In this document: positions 52,307 to 63,912 of the stretch, one piece after another
Layout of the letters: every line of letters starts with the position of its first letter
Position numbering within the stretch: position 1 is the stretch's first letter
Assembly (NCBI GenBank): GCA_051599415.1
Contig: AP039703.1
Location: 1-64,000, forward strand
Source: Savitreella phatthalungensis
Lineage: Eukaryota
DNA length: 64,000 nt
Reading direction: 5' to 3'
Program-made: the position numbers and the translations under genes
Notes under the pieces: generated by a model
Told to the model about the DNA's origin: nothing
What the model saw: the letters and a program-made list of their open reading frames with translations, nothing else
Database searches by the model: none

Positions 52307-54067
52307 CTAAACATCGATTGTATTAGCCTCTTGATCTCCTCGCTTATCCTCGACCTCCTGGCGAAGCAACTTGTCAATGTTCGGAGTAAGCACGATCTTC
52401 GTGGCGACAGTGCCAATGACTGTAGCTTTCCGCGGACCAGTTTCCAGGTTAACAGCTTCCTGCACAACCTGCGACGCGGCACCGACACCTACGTCGCATC
52501 GCAGATTACCCCAGTCACATGTCACGCGTCCCGACTTGTGGAAGTTGAGCTTGCCAATGTGGCCTTCGGGCGGCGGGAACGCTGTCGGCCGAGCCTTCTT
52601 GCGTCGCTTTGGCTTTGTAATGGGGACTGAGCCAGCCTCATCTTCGATTTTGATCGGCTCTTGCTCGGAATTCTGCAGTGTAGCGTCCCCTGAGGACAAT
52701 GACTCAACCTTCTCCTCCTTGACGGGCTCAATTTCAGCGGCGGACTCAGCAAGGGGTTGCCAAACCGGCAGAACGTCTGGAAGTTGGAATAGGACCAAGT
52801 TCTGCAGTGCATCATCACCGTGGCCAGCATCTTCGAGCAAATTGCGTAATTCCTCAAGGTCAAACATTGTCCTGTTGTGCTCTTCGAGCTCCTCCTTTGT
52901 CAATTGGATCGGCCTGCTCTCCGAGCGTCTATTGCGATGTTGTCTCTGTGCGGCAGACGATCGGCGCCGCTCTGTCTTCGTATCTGTCACGCCCGACATG
53001 GCGATGTCTCCGTCATTCGTCGCTGGTGATTTGTCGTTCGTATCTATGTCATTAGTCATGCCGGATGCCTTACCGCTCGGCAGCGCGATCTCGTCGTCGT
53101 CGTCTTCATCCTCGTCACCATCTTTCGTACTAGCGTCGACAGTGCTAGTGCCTCCGGATTGTTGGCTCGCAGGGATTGAGGTAGTGTCAACGATGTCTGT
53201 CATTTGAACATCAATACCGTCAGCATGCTCCTCGATCTTAATGATCTTCCCGCTCTCGAGATCCTGCTGCTCCAATTTAATGAGTTGCTCGCCTTGACCT
53301 GGCGGAGCGGCAATGGGAAGGGCATCGCCGAGTTCTGCTTTCTTCACCTCGCGATTCAATGACACTGGCTCCCATCTTGGATCTGCGTCAGCTGCCATGG
53401 TCGCCATGTCACGCATCGGCTCGCCCAGCTCGTCATAATTGTCCTCCGCGAACCGATCATCCGTGGCGGCCTGCTTGTTCTCAGACTTGATTGCCCTCCG
53501 ACGCGACGCAGCCGGTGAAGCTGCCGCTGTAGTGATCTGCGAAGCTGCCTCTGCTGTGGGCACTGCTCCGGCGAGGTCCTTTTCTGTGGTCGGAATGTCC
53601 TTGGCACGCGGTCCGCCGGAGTTGCGCGCGCGGGACATCGGAGGTGCCGCACCCGATGGAGCTGGACCTGCGCTGAAGATGCCGGTAGCAGTCAAAGGAA
53701 CTTCTGGCCGTGAGCGCGGCCCAGATCTTTTGCCTTCCGCCCCACGAAGACGCGCCAACGACGGACTCGAGCTGTCATATTCTCCGGAGCCCGATTCCGA
53801 TTTGACCTGCGGAGACGAGGAAGATGAGCTGGAATTGCCTGCACCTGATTGCCCCGCAGACCTCCTGTTCCTGACGAATGCCTTAGGCTTGATCGATACT
53901 TTAGGGGCAACAGCTCGAGACGCAGGAGACGCTGATGACGGTGGTGCGCGAGGGCTGAGTGTGTCGAGACGCTGACGAGTACTTCCCGAGTTTGAGCGTC
54001 GTACCGACCCCGATGCGTCGCCATTGCCTGTGCTAGATGGTGCGGTGTTGCTGCCGGAAGACGACAT
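52307..54067 (-). CDS. RPC53: RNA polymerase III subunit Rpc4/C53
   Basis: Disordered N-terminus; C-terminal LFQLPDVLP and EGHIGKLNFHKSGRVTCDWG...VLTP. Confidence 0.88.
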   Translation of the reverse strand: MSSSGSNTAPSSTGNGDASGSVRRSNSGSTRQRLDTLSPRAPPSSASPASRAVAPKVSIKPKAFVRNRRSAGQSGAGNSSSSSSSPQVKSESGSGEYDSSSPSLARLRGAEGKRSGPRSRPEVPLTATGIFSAGPAPSGAAPPMSRARNSGGPRAKDIPTTEKDLAGAVPTAEAASQITTAAASPAASRRRAIKSENKQAATDDRFAEDNYDELGEPMRDMATMAADADPRWEPVSLNREVKKAELGDALPIAAPPGQGEQLIKLEQQDLESGKIIKIEEHADGIDVQMTDIVDTTSIPASQQSGGTSTVDASTKDGDEDEDDDDEIALPSGKASGMTNDIDTNDKSPATNDGDIAMSGVTDTKTERRRSSAAQRQHRNRRSESRPIQLTKEELEEHNRTMFDLEELRNLLEDAGHGDDALQNLVLFQLPDVLPVWQPLAESAAEIEPVKEEKVESLSSGDATLQNSEQEPIKIEDEAGSVPITKPKRRKKARPTAFPPPEGHIGKLNFHKSGRVTCDWGNLRCDVGVGAASQVVQEAVNLETGPRKATVIGTVATKIVLTPNIDKLLRQEVEDKRGDQEANTIDV

Positions 54068-54568
54068 AGTCACCAGCCAACTGAAGGCGACTTAGACGAA
54101 CCGCGGGTTCTTGAGTTTCCCTGACCAGAACTATTCACGTCTGCTGCCTTCCATTAGCCCGGGACTAGATACGTCTGGCATGCAGGTTATGTTATTGACT
54201 CTAATTGATGATATCAGAAAATCTATAAAAGTCTGAGTCTAGGAGGACGTACCTGTGCCGGTGGACCGTTGTGCCGGTGTGCCCGTGATCCACCCGGTCG
54301 GTAGGTGTTCTCACTGGATTTGGCAGGCTTAATTGCTTCAGACACGTCCACACGGGGCTAATAAATCTGGCCGTGGCCTAAGGACCAGTTTTGCGCCACA
54401 CAACGTATGCAGTATAGCCACAGCAATTTTCCGCGATTTGCATCGAAGCACTCAGCGACACCTCACTTGGCCGAGCTAGACAACATCGGATCCCAAGATT
54501 GATATCGTTCAAGTGCTCGGATTTGACTCTAGTCTATCATTGCAAGGGTTGTCTCCTGACATCACATC

Positions 54569-55096
54569 ATGTTCAAGAAGCTGACTCGGGAGACAAAGCC
54601 CGGGTTTTTCCAGAAGATCAGGGATGCACTGTCAATCGATGCAGGGCGTTCGTCGGGAGTGACTTTCAACGAGAACTACCGCAATCCTATGCCTGGCAGT
54701 CGGCCTGAGATCTACAAGGAGCCTGTGACGGCTCCGGCAAACGACATTGCAGAAAACCCTTATTATGCGCGCGACGTCCGAAGACAGTACCCTCGGACCG
54801 TTCACTTCACGCAGGGCAAGGTTGCAGGCTTGCTGACGTATGGCAACAAAAGTGCACCTCAGATTGCATCGGGCGAGGCTGGAACGACCGCGATTGCGAC
54901 TGTTGAGGACTTGTCACTTACACAGGCCCTCGCTCAGACGGCTGGCAAGGACATCTCAGTCTTGTTCGGTAAGGACGGACTGCCGCCAAAGCCTCGCGGT
55001 GTCAAGAGACCCAACAACTGGCGGCTCGAGCGTGAAGGCGGATTCGCTGGCCACGAATTGGACGGTGAGGAGTACCCGGTCCGCATGTTTAGCTAG
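54569..55096 (+). CDS. Complex I accessory 21.3-kDa subunit (NUZM/NDUFA7-like)
   Basis: FQKIRDALS...RSSG...YRNPMPGSRP, DIAENPYYARDVRRQYPR. Confidence 0.85.
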   Translation: MFKKLTRETKPGFFQKIRDALSIDAGRSSGVTFNENYRNPMPGSRPEIYKEPVTAPANDIAENPYYARDVRRQYPRTVHFTQGKVAGLLTYGNKSAPQIASGEAGTTAIATVEDLSLTQALAQTAGKDISVLFGKDGLPPKPRGVKRPNNWRLEREGGFAGHELDGEEYPVRMFS

Positions 55097-55336
55097 ACGA
55101 AGCACTTTTCCCGAATGGAGGTCAGATCGAGAGCACAACTAATCGAGGAGACCGAGGAGGAAAAAGGCTCAATGTAATTAATCACCTGAACGAATGAGAA
55201 GCAAAACAATCGAGAGAGGAACGTTACGTTAAGTGATCGTTGAACGTGCAATGGTCGTGGGCATGAAGGCCGAATGGTCGTGATGGGTGTGAGTGATGCG
55301 TCGGTGACGCTGAATGAGTTGTGCGAGAGAGCGTTT

Positions 55337-58246
55337 CTACTGGGCTGCTTGGACAACCCAGACGCTGGCTCCCGCTCGAGATGGCGCCTTAACGACCGAT
55401 GACGTCGATCCCGACGACGAACAGGCCGATAGTGCAGCCTCGCGCACAAATAGTCGGGCCACTTCGCCGAGCTTGCTTGATGCCAGCTCAGCAGCTGGCG
55501 ATTGGCTGGAAGTGGCGGTCCCGCGTGAGATGGGTCTCTCGACGCCTTGAGACGTAGCTGTGGCAGGCGGCGTTGACGATTCTCCAGAGGCAATGCGCCG
55601 AACGGAGAGATCGCCAAAGCGTACCTTATTGTCCTGTCTCGGAGATGGGACGACCTCTTGCTCGTCAGAACCGCATGATGACGCATCATCTTCAGCCGGC
55701 TTCATGGCGCCCATCTCAATCGATGAAGCACGCGCAATTGACTTGCGCGGCGAAACCTCTCCAGAGCGCCTCGATGTAACGCATGATGTCGCGAAGCTCG
55801 CGAGACGCGGATCGTTTGATCGAGCCAGCAGAATGACAGGAGAGCGCTTGCCAGCACCAGAGCTGGTTGAGACACGCTTGAGCTCGATCTTGAAACACTC
55901 GAGAGCCTGCTCAACTGGATTGGCCGACTCGACATGCTCGAACACGCATCTTTCGGAGGGATAGCTCGCAAAAGCCGCGCGAGCAGACTCGAAGAGCTCT
56001 GGGTCAACCTTCTCTCCATCTTTCTCGGTGATCAGCACGATGTGGGATGTCACCTGTGCGTTGCTGAGAAGCGTGCGGGCCAGTCGAAGAGCTAGCAGCT
56101 CGCTCAGACTCAGACTAAAGAGAGGTATAAATACGTGAGGCGCCTCTGCTTCATGTCCGTCTTGTCGGAAGCATGGAGAATGTGCAGTAGCGCTAGTCAT
56201 ATTGGACTGGGATGGCTGTCTGAGCAGAAGTGATGTCATGCTGAGTTGACGGCGACGCGACTCTGGTCGCTCCAGAGATGCTGTCGAGAATGTTGGCGGC
56301 GGGACGAGGACGCATAAGTTTGTTCGTGCTTGGTCCAGCAGCTCAGCGACGACTTCATCCTCGGGTCCATCAACAAAGCCGCCGGATGCAGCAAGCTTAC
56401 TTGCCGACACACGGTAGGACGAAGAGTGGACAAGGGGAGCGACGAGCAGCTCAGAGCCGGCCAGATTGGCCTCTTCAACAATGTTGCGGGCAAATTCCCA
56501 AGGAGAAAGGACGTGGATGCCGAGAGATGACCTAAGACCGAGGATCTGGAAAGCAGTGACGAAAATTGCGACGAATGGGTCGTGGCGTAGCAAATCGTCA
56601 GATTCGGAGACCTTGATGATCTGCGAGAGCTTGTCATTCATCTCCAGAAGTCGGAGGATATGAACTTTGACCGATCTCTCGATAGTATCCTTCGTGGCAG
56701 CGAGGAAATGGGTAAAGCGTAACAACGGCGCAACAGTTTCAGCCCGGTCGAGCACGATCATGCATTTTCCAAGAGATGACAGATGACTTTCTGCTGCCTG
56801 TCTGACGACTGACGACGCCTTTGAGGTCTGACCGCTGTCCGAGCTCGATTGCTGCAAAGCGTTACCATCCCAATCGATCTCGCCAGCACGCCACTTGGCC
56901 ACTTTATCCTGATACCATGTTGGATATGCCCAAATGGTTAGAGGTGTAGTGAGGAAGGTCGTGACGAGCGCCATGATGACGAACATTGTAAAGACCTGCT
57001 GGGTAAGAATGCCTGCTTGAAGACCAACGTTGAGAACAATCAACTCGACAAGACCTTTGCAAGACATCAAGATGCCAACGGCTACTGATTCGCGCCACAA
57101 GAATCCCGTGGTCCGCGCTGCCAGCATCGATCCAAGCAATTTGCTGAAGAGAGCTGTCACACAAATCGCGATTGTATAGCCCCAAGCCCGGCCTGTATTG
57201 AGTAGACCGATGTTCGTCTTCAGACCGGAAGAGGCAAAATAGAGTGGTAGAAAGAGTACTGAGATGAGATCTTCCATCTTTTCGGTAAGAGCCACAGCCC
57301 AGCCATGCTCATGCGGCATGATCATGCCGACAAGGAAGCTGCCGAAGATCGGGTGGACACCAATGATCTCAGTATAGAAGGCAGAGGCGATGACGAGGAG
57401 GGTGGTGACTGCGAGCATGAGGTCGGAAGGACCACGATCCATGCCTGACCTTCGAGCGAGCCAGAGATAGGCAGGCTTGACGAGATAGAAGAGAACGAGG
57501 ACCCAGGCGATGACGAGGAGGATAGTGTAGAGGGCAACAAGTCCTGTAGAGGCGTTGACAAGGGCTATGACGAGAGCGAGAAGCATCCAGCCGGTCACGT
57601 CGTTGCCCACACCGGCAGCGAGGACAGTGACGCCGACGTCACGTCGGAGAAGCTTAAGCTCCGTGAGAATCCGCGCAAGGACTGGGAAAGCGGTGATGCT
57701 GAATGCGGTGCCGATGAAGAGGATGAAGAGACCGACTGATTGCCCTGGCTTGGCATATTCTTTGTATACAGCCCAGGCCATACCACATCCGGTTCCGAAC
57801 GGTAGGACCAGGGAAGCGAGACCTACACTGAGGGCCACGCGAGCGTTCTTACGCACGAGTCGCAGGTCGACTTCGAGACCAACGATAAAGAGGAAGAGGA
57901 CGAGACCAAAGTTGGCGACGAGGTTGAAGGAGGGCATGGACTCTGGCGGGAAGATGTGCTTTGTGAATCCTGGGATGCGCCCAAAGGCTGTTGGTCCCAA
58001 GAGGATGCCTCCTATGACTTCTGCAATGACGCGTGGCTGACGGATGCGTGCAAGAGGCCAGTGTAGGATGCGGCAGAAGATGACGACGATGGCGACTTGA
58101 TAGAGGAAGACTGTGATCGGGTTGGATTTATCCCAGACGGATGGATCATGACCGAGCAGGACTGATGGCGCTGAAGGTCGTGTGGAAGAAGCACGAGCGC
58201 TGCTGGAGATGACGCTACTTGCGCCAGAGGCAATTGTGGAGGACAT
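55337..58246 (-). CDS. KHA1: K+/H+ antiporter (CPA2)
   Basis: RQPRVIAEVIGGILLGPT, FIVGLEVD, ITAFPVLARIL, GNDVTGW, MSCKGLVELIVLN. ATG at 58246. Confidence 0.94.
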   Translation of the reverse strand: MSSTIASGASSVISSSARASSTRPSAPSVLLGHDPSVWDKSNPITVFLYQVAIVVIFCRILHWPLARIRQPRVIAEVIGGILLGPTAFGRIPGFTKHIFPPESMPSFNLVANFGLVLFLFIVGLEVDLRLVRKNARVALSVGLASLVLPFGTGCGMAWAVYKEYAKPGQSVGLFILFIGTAFSITAFPVLARILTELKLLRRDVGVTVLAAGVGNDVTGWMLLALVIALVNASTGLVALYTILLVIAWVLVLFYLVKPAYLWLARRSGMDRGPSDLMLAVTTLLVIASAFYTEIIGVHPIFGSFLVGMIMPHEHGWAVALTEKMEDLISVLFLPLYFASSGLKTNIGLLNTGRAWGYTIAICVTALFSKLLGSMLAARTTGFLWRESVAVGILMSCKGLVELIVLNVGLQAGILTQQVFTMFVIMALVTTFLTTPLTIWAYPTWYQDKVAKWRAGEIDWDGNALQQSSSDSGQTSKASSVVRQAAESHLSSLGKCMIVLDRAETVAPLLRFTHFLAATKDTIERSVKVHILRLLEMNDKLSQIIKVSESDDLLRHDPFVAIFVTAFQILGLRSSLGIHVLSPWEFARNIVEEANLAGSELLVAPLVHSSSYRVSASKLAASGGFVDGPEDEVVAELLDQARTNLCVLVPPPTFSTASLERPESRRRQLSMTSLLLRQPSQSNMTSATAHSPCFRQDGHEAEAPHVFIPLFSLSLSELLALRLARTLLSNAQVTSHIVLITEKDGEKVDPELFESARAAFASYPSERCVFEHVESANPVEQALECFKIELKRVSTSSGAGKRSPVILLARSNDPRLASFATSCVTSRRSGEVSPRKSIARASSIEMGAMKPAEDDASSCGSDEQEVVPSPRQDNKVRFGDLSVRRIASGESSTPPATATSQGVERPISRGTATSSQSPAAELASSKLGEVARLFVREAALSACSSSGSTSSVVKAPSRAGASVWVVQAAQ

Positions 58247-58770
58247 GACCGTGACGTCGGAATAGAAACCCGTCACGAGCTGACGAGCTGGATGATGAGC
58301 CGGCACCGCACACCAGTCCTGTCTTGAACTCCACGGCGCTCGACGTGGGAGGGTTGATCAGGAGTGTTATCTGTGTACGACTGAGTGGCTGCAGCAGTGC
58401 CTGGGAGTTTGCCGCTGAGCGCGCGACACTTTGAAACGACCTGGATTTGGGAACTTGTGATTGTCTGGTGATGTCCTGATAGGGAATAGAGTAGAAGGAG
58501 GCTGTGTGTGGTTGCGCGTGTGCTTTGAATGAGTATAGTGTATGTGTGTTAGGTCATTGATTGATCCGATCAAATACATATATATGTACGTATATACTGT
58601 GTGTACTTTATCCATTGTTACGGTAACGTCCTGACTGCGCATGCATGTGCTTAGACTTTTGTTTTTGACTTTTTGATTTATTCTTGATTGACTTTTGATT
58701 GAGTTTGTGTACGCGCACAAGTACTGGGCTAAGGTTGTGGATGGATGGATCATCAGTGATTGGACATCAT

Positions 58771-58778
58771 CTAACTAA

Positions 58779-58845
<67 letters not shown>

Positions 58846-58884
58846 CCCGCCTGCCTGCCTGCCTGCCTGACTGACTGACTGACT
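58771..58884. repeat. Compound microsatellite (CTAA)2-(CTGC)~22-(CTGA)~4
   Basis: Direct reading. Lies in the KHA1/YRA1 divergent intergenic region. Confidence 0.95.
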
Positions 58885-60167
58885 GTGGAGGGAGTGAGTG
58901 TATTTGTTCTGTTATTATCAGGTCGATCCAAATTTTACAGAAGCGCTTTTGCGCATCATGCACTGAATCACACCTGATCGAGTCTAACCTCGATCTGAAT
59001 ATTATCTGAGAGTGGCATGGATGCATGATGCATACACGTGTATCCATCCACCCAATGATTTATAACTCTCGAGGATTGCTAGAACATATATGCATATGGT
59101 CCACGGCAGAACAATTGATGGTCGACTGTAGTTAATCGATTCATGCAATTCCTGCGAATATGGACTCTCATGTCTATTCCATGCATGTACGTATACTAAT
59201 TTATTAAACTTAGCCAGCTTCTACACTCCCGAAATAGTCTTAGCGCTGCATAGATTCACTTGTACAACAGTATATCCATCCATCTATTTCAGCTGTTCTT
59301 CTTCTCCTTCCTTCTCCTCGATCGTTATTCCTGCTTTCTTGGACTCAGAGATCTCCTTCGACTGGCGCACATACTCATACACGCGCACACGCACGCGCAC
59401 ATACACTCACAGACACACGTCCTCCACACTACGCTCACACTGTCTGTCACACCATCTCTCACTAGGTCTCTTAGACCTGTGCGCTTGCTCAGGCATCAGA
59501 AGTAAATCAACACTCGATTGGGTTAGTAAAACAATCGCCCCTCTTCTACCTCCTTTCTCTCCTCAACAACACTCTCCACGTATGTGATCCATTCGCCTTC
59601 GAAGGCCGCAGGGCGACAAGGATGGCAGGCCGCAATGACAATGACACTCAATTGTCACATGCCGTCAACATCGAGTCGAGATGGCTTAAGCCGACGCTCT
59701 TCTTGTGCCATGGCCAGCTCGTGCTGAGGATCCTGATGTGCAAAGCGCAAGAGCTGTGAAGGCGCGCACATGAAGCGACTCTTCTAGTGATGCATGACAA
59801 ATGCACTTGTAAAGACGTCACACGCTCTCGCATCCTCAACAGATGTGAGGCTGCGATAGACACAGTCCAGTCAGCCTGCAGGAACAGAGATGAAGCCTTC
59901 AGTCACCTTGTGCGATCGTACCAGCTTCCTGGCTGCTATGCTGCGAGGCCGCGTCTGCTCACCAGATGATGTTGAGTCTATTGCCATGATCCTTGTCCTA
60001 CGCTCATGGCAAAGCAAGGAAGTTCCTGAAATTGGCGACTCTGGCAGTGGACTTGCTCGTCAGTCACGATGTTGGGTCCATCCTCTTGACGCGCCTTCCG
60101 TCCTTTCATGCCCCAATCACACAAGGAGACAAACCGACAACTGACGCAAACTACTTAGATAACAGCC

Positions 60168-61106
60168 ATGGATCTCGACAAGTCTCTTGATACCATTCTC
60201 TCAGAAAAGCCGAAGCAGCAGCGGAGGCCACAGAAGAGCGCCGCCGCAGCCTCGGGCAGCAGACCTGCAAATGGTGTCTCCAAGAAGACAGCTGCCTCCG
60301 CAAGACGTCCTGGTAAAGCGACAGCTGCTGCAAGCATCTCAAAGGCATCAAAGTCAAATGCTTTGACGTCTGCAGCGGCTGTCAATGCTGGCGCCTCGTC
60401 TGCTCCTGCTGCAAACAAGATCATTGTGCATGGTCTGCCTGCAGATGTGACCGAGAAGCAGATTCGCGAGTACATGGCCGCCGAGGTTGGTCCTGTAGCC
60501 CGTCTCGAACTGAGCTACAACAGCTCCGGTCAGTCCAAGGGTGTCGCTACGGTCCAGTTTGGCCGCGGCGGTGATTATGCTCTCAAGGCTGCAAACCTCC
60601 TCAACGGTCGCGTTGTCGACGGTTCAGGACCTCGTCCCACGAAGATGCGCGTCGAGATTGTTCAGTCTGTGAAGGAGCCAGGTCTTGCAGAGCGCCTAGG
60701 CGCCAGCAAGTCCGTCACCGCTGGTGTCGCTGCCGGCAATGGTCGTGGCCGAGCTGGTCAGGCGTCTGTGCCTGCCACCGCAAAAGTGTCGTCTGCCGAG
60801 GCAGAAGCGCTTGCTCGTGCCGTCGCCGCTGCTACCTCAGGCCAGACACTGTCGAAGAAGCAAAAGTCCGCACTGCGCAAAGTGGCAGCAGCCGCTAGTG
60901 CCTCTCCTGCGACCACTGCCGCTGCCGGCGGCCGAGCTGCTTCTACTGTGAAGGCCGCCCGCAAGGCTGGCATCAAGACGCAGAAGCTAGCCAAGTCTGG
61001 GCCAGGACGTGTAAAGCGTGTTGCCAAGTCGGCAGCAGAACTCGATGCCGAGATGACTGACTACTTTGACAAGGGTGCCAAGGCAGCCGCCTCTGCCACT
61101 CAGTGA
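60168..61106 (+). CDS. YRA1: Yra1/Mlo3/ALYREF mRNA export adaptor
   Basis: N-box LDKSLDTIL, RRM (KIIVHGLP, SKGVATVQF), C-box AELDAEMTDYF. Confidence 0.88.
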   Translation: MDLDKSLDTILSEKPKQQRRPQKSAAAASGSRPANGVSKKTAASARRPGKATAAASISKASKSNALTSAAAVNAGASSAPAANKIIVHGLPADVTEKQIREYMAAEVGPVARLELSYNSSGQSKGVATVQFGRGGDYALKAANLLNGRVVDGSGPRPTKMRVEIVQSVKEPGLAERLGASKSVTAGVAAGNGRGRAGQASVPATAKVSSAEAEALARAVAAATSGQTLSKKQKSALRKVAAAASASPATTAAAGGRAASTVKAARKAGIKTQKLAKSGPGRVKRVAKSAAELDAEMTDYFDKGAKAAASATQ

Positions 61107-61554
61107 ACCGCTAGTACTTCTTTACTCGCTTGGTCCATTTGGCCGTCTCGCTCTGTCTGATTATACTTTCCTCTCCAACAACGCCCTTCCGACCAAGGAT
61201 CATTCTTGACTTCTCCCACGGCAATTCATCGATTAAACGCTAAGGTAAGCATGCAGCTACTGCACAGGGCAGCCCAGGTCTCAAGTCTCCTCATCAATGC
61301 AAAGCCACACCGCTACCCACTTGAACCGCGCACACCACATTCGTCTGTAGTAACATCCGGATTTTCTGCTCCACTCTCTGCTCCTCCTCCGATTATTCCT
61401 GGCTTCACCGACTCGCCTCAATCTGCCTAGCCCTTTCCAGGCTTCACTAAGATCGGACTGTACACGTGCATGGTTGTCATGCTATTGCATTTATGTAAAG
61501 GTCATCTCGTATAAAGCGTAACTTCGTGTCTCTCTCCTACATCAAAGCAGACGA

Positions 61555-63912
61555 CTACCAGCCCTCATCCCAGGCATCAACATCCTCATCATCTGCGGCG
61601 GCAGCTGGCGTCACTGCGGATGCAGTAGGTGCCTTCTTGAATGACCTTTCTGTAGCTTCGTCTACACCCCAAGGATCATCGTCCTCCTCATCCTCCCCAA
61701 CGCCTCCATCTCGAGCTGTCTCGTGCACGGTGTTGTGTCTTGATGCCGCTGTGCCGGCGTTGTTTCGTGGCTGAGGGGCGGGAGGCTCGTCAAGGAGGGC
61801 TGCACGACGTGCAGTGGCAGAAGAAGGGGCTTTCTGCAGCTTCAAGCCAGCGCGGGCACGGCCATTCGAAGCCGATCCGCTCACACTGGACGCGGACTGA
61901 GGGCGACCGGAATTGCCAGACGCTAGCCCTGGAGACGACGACGTTCGCGCGAGCGAAGGCTTCAAGGAGGAAGCTGTGGTCGCAGTCAGACCGTTCGTCC
62001 CGCCCCGACTTAAATCTGCTGGGGTGGATGTCTGCGAACGTGAGACAGGCACTGATGCTGCTGCCGAGCTGCCGGAGACCGTCAGGTTGTCCAAGTTGCG
62101 TGAGAGCGATGAGACTGCCCAACTAGTCCAGCCGCCTTCAGACGATGCCGCTGGGGTGGAAGCGCCGGACCTGCCTGCAGACGGGGTCGCACCATTTGAC
62201 GAAGTCGGGATCAGCGGTGCCGTCGCAGGATGAATGTCGGCCAAAGTGTTTGCACGGGCCAGGAGAGTCTCCGTCGTAGTCCTCGCAACGATACGGATCT
62301 CCTCTACAGGGTCAAGGAGCAAGCCGACGACAGCCGGCAAAAGTCTCCCACAGAGTTGTTCTGGATCGTATTCCTCCGCGGTCGCTCCGGCTGCCTTGAG
62401 TGCGGCCTCACGAGCAGGTGCAAAGGGATCTTTCGCCGCACGCGAGAGTGCTGCGGACAGTACTTTCGGTCTTGTCCGTTTATCAATCCGAGGCGCGACC
62501 TTGGCAAGACAGATAGTCGTGTTTGTACGGATGCCAGGTTCACGGTCGCCCGCAGTCTTAGCGAGAGCCTTTAAGAGCGGTCCATTTATGGCTCGATCGT
62601 TCAAGCGAGGTAGGAGCTCAACTGAGGCCAAAAGGGCGCGCTCGCGTAGTGCTGGCGCAGGATCTGAAAATGAGGCTTCCAGGCTGGCAAGCACGCGATC
62701 GTTGATGTGCTTCTCGGTCAGGTAGGGCGCACAGACCGGCACACGTTCCAGCAGTAGAAGGCGGAGCGCACGATCCTGTGAAGACCAGAGTCGGGCAAGC
62801 ACCGGCTGCACAAGCCGCTCAGCATCAGCCTCGCTCATGCTGCCGGCCAGCCTGACAATCGCCTCAAGTGCCGGTGCGCCGGCACCGCCAAACTCAAGAG
62901 CCTTGACCACCTCGGGCAACAGGCGATGCGCGGCGTAGCCAGGGGGTAAACGTGTCAGCTCTCCCATGTGCTCCGACAAGAATTGCTCGACCTCTTCCTT
63001 TGGCTTTAACGGCAATTGTGGTACCTGCTCGGCGAGCGTGATGATACTTGACCTGAACCAACCACCTTGCCGTCTTCCGTGCTCAACGAAGTCTGCAATC
63101 GGCATACGTTGCTTTGCTGACGGCAGCAATAGTCGACGCCATTGCGTCAGACACTCTTTTGGGATCTTTCCAGGACTCGTTGCGGCTGTCGATGACGGCG
63201 GAGAATCATTGAAAAGTGACGCGAACAAGCAACCATATTGATATGCATCGACAGAACCAATAGGCACGTCTGAGACGCCACTATATCCACGCTGCTGCAT
63301 ATCCGGCGGTACGGGAGCATCTGAGCGCGGAATCGTTGTGCCAAAGCGCGCTAGAAGTGACGAGCTAGATCCTGCTTCGTCATCCCGCATGGAGGAGAGA
63401 CACTCGAAGCCTCCGAGCTTCCATTCGCCTGCTGCATCGCAGAATACTGCATCCAGACTCAGGTTGCCATGCACGCTGGCTGCGTCGCCATTGACGAACT
63501 TCATCGTTTCTGCAATTTGGTAAAGTCCCCAGAGCAATCTCTCCTTGTCCTGTCCAAGGGCAGGTGTCAGCTGTTGACGCAGGGGCTCGACGCGTTCAGT
63601 CACTGCCCAGACCGCGTCCGGTGTTTCGTGTGAGCTGAGGAAGCGGATGACGCCAGGATGTCGCAGGGATCGGAGCTTGAGCACATAGTTGTCCGCTAAT
63701 TCGCGCAGCCGCCTGTCAGCACCGCCTGCAGATGAAGAAAAGTCAAAATGAAAGACTGTTACATCCGTATCGCCGCCAGCCGCAGCAGCATCCTTGCGCG
63801 TTCCATTATACAGTGTGTACCACCGTTCTCCGGGCGATGTGATGCGGTCACCGAGTGTCACGCCTGGCGGTCCACCACCTGCGGATGACAACACTGACTT
63901 TAGAAAGTTCAT
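61555..63912 (-). CDS. CEX1: SCY1-like pseudokinase-HEAT protein (Cex1/SCYL1)
   Basis: KLRSLRHPGVIRFL, VTERVEPL, VHGNL, GEWKLGGFE, EPGIRTNTTICL, DPFAPAR, acidic W-containing tail. Confidence 0.9.
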   Translation of the reverse strand: MNFLKSVLSSAGGGPPGVTLGDRITSPGERWYTLYNGTRKDAAAAGGDTDVTVFHFDFSSSAGGADRRLRELADNYVLKLRSLRHPGVIRFLSSHETPDAVWAVTERVEPLRQQLTPALGQDKERLLWGLYQIAETMKFVNGDAASVHGNLSLDAVFCDAAGEWKLGGFECLSSMRDDEAGSSSSLLARFGTTIPRSDAPVPPDMQQRGYSGVSDVPIGSVDAYQYGCLFASLFNDSPPSSTAATSPGKIPKECLTQWRRLLLPSAKQRMPIADFVEHGRRQGGWFRSSIITLAEQVPQLPLKPKEEVEQFLSEHMGELTRLPPGYAAHRLLPEVVKALEFGGAGAPALEAIVRLAGSMSEADAERLVQPVLARLWSSQDRALRLLLLERVPVCAPYLTEKHINDRVLASLEASFSDPAPALRERALLASVELLPRLNDRAINGPLLKALAKTAGDREPGIRTNTTICLAKVAPRIDKRTRPKVLSAALSRAAKDPFAPAREAALKAAGATAEEYDPEQLCGRLLPAVVGLLLDPVEEIRIVARTTTETLLARANTLADIHPATAPLIPTSSNGATPSAGRSGASTPAASSEGGWTSWAVSSLSRNLDNLTVSGSSAAASVPVSRSQTSTPADLSRGGTNGLTATTASSLKPSLARTSSSPGLASGNSGRPQSASSVSGSASNGRARAGLKLQKAPSSATARRAALLDEPPAPQPRNNAGTAASRHNTVHETARDGGVGEDEEDDDPWGVDEATERSFKKAPTASAVTPAAAADDEDVDAWDEGW

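Noticed and set aside
52371..62725. Long antisense ORFs over RPC53, KHA1 and CEX1
   Set aside because: Shadow frames of GC-rich coding sequence with no motifs.
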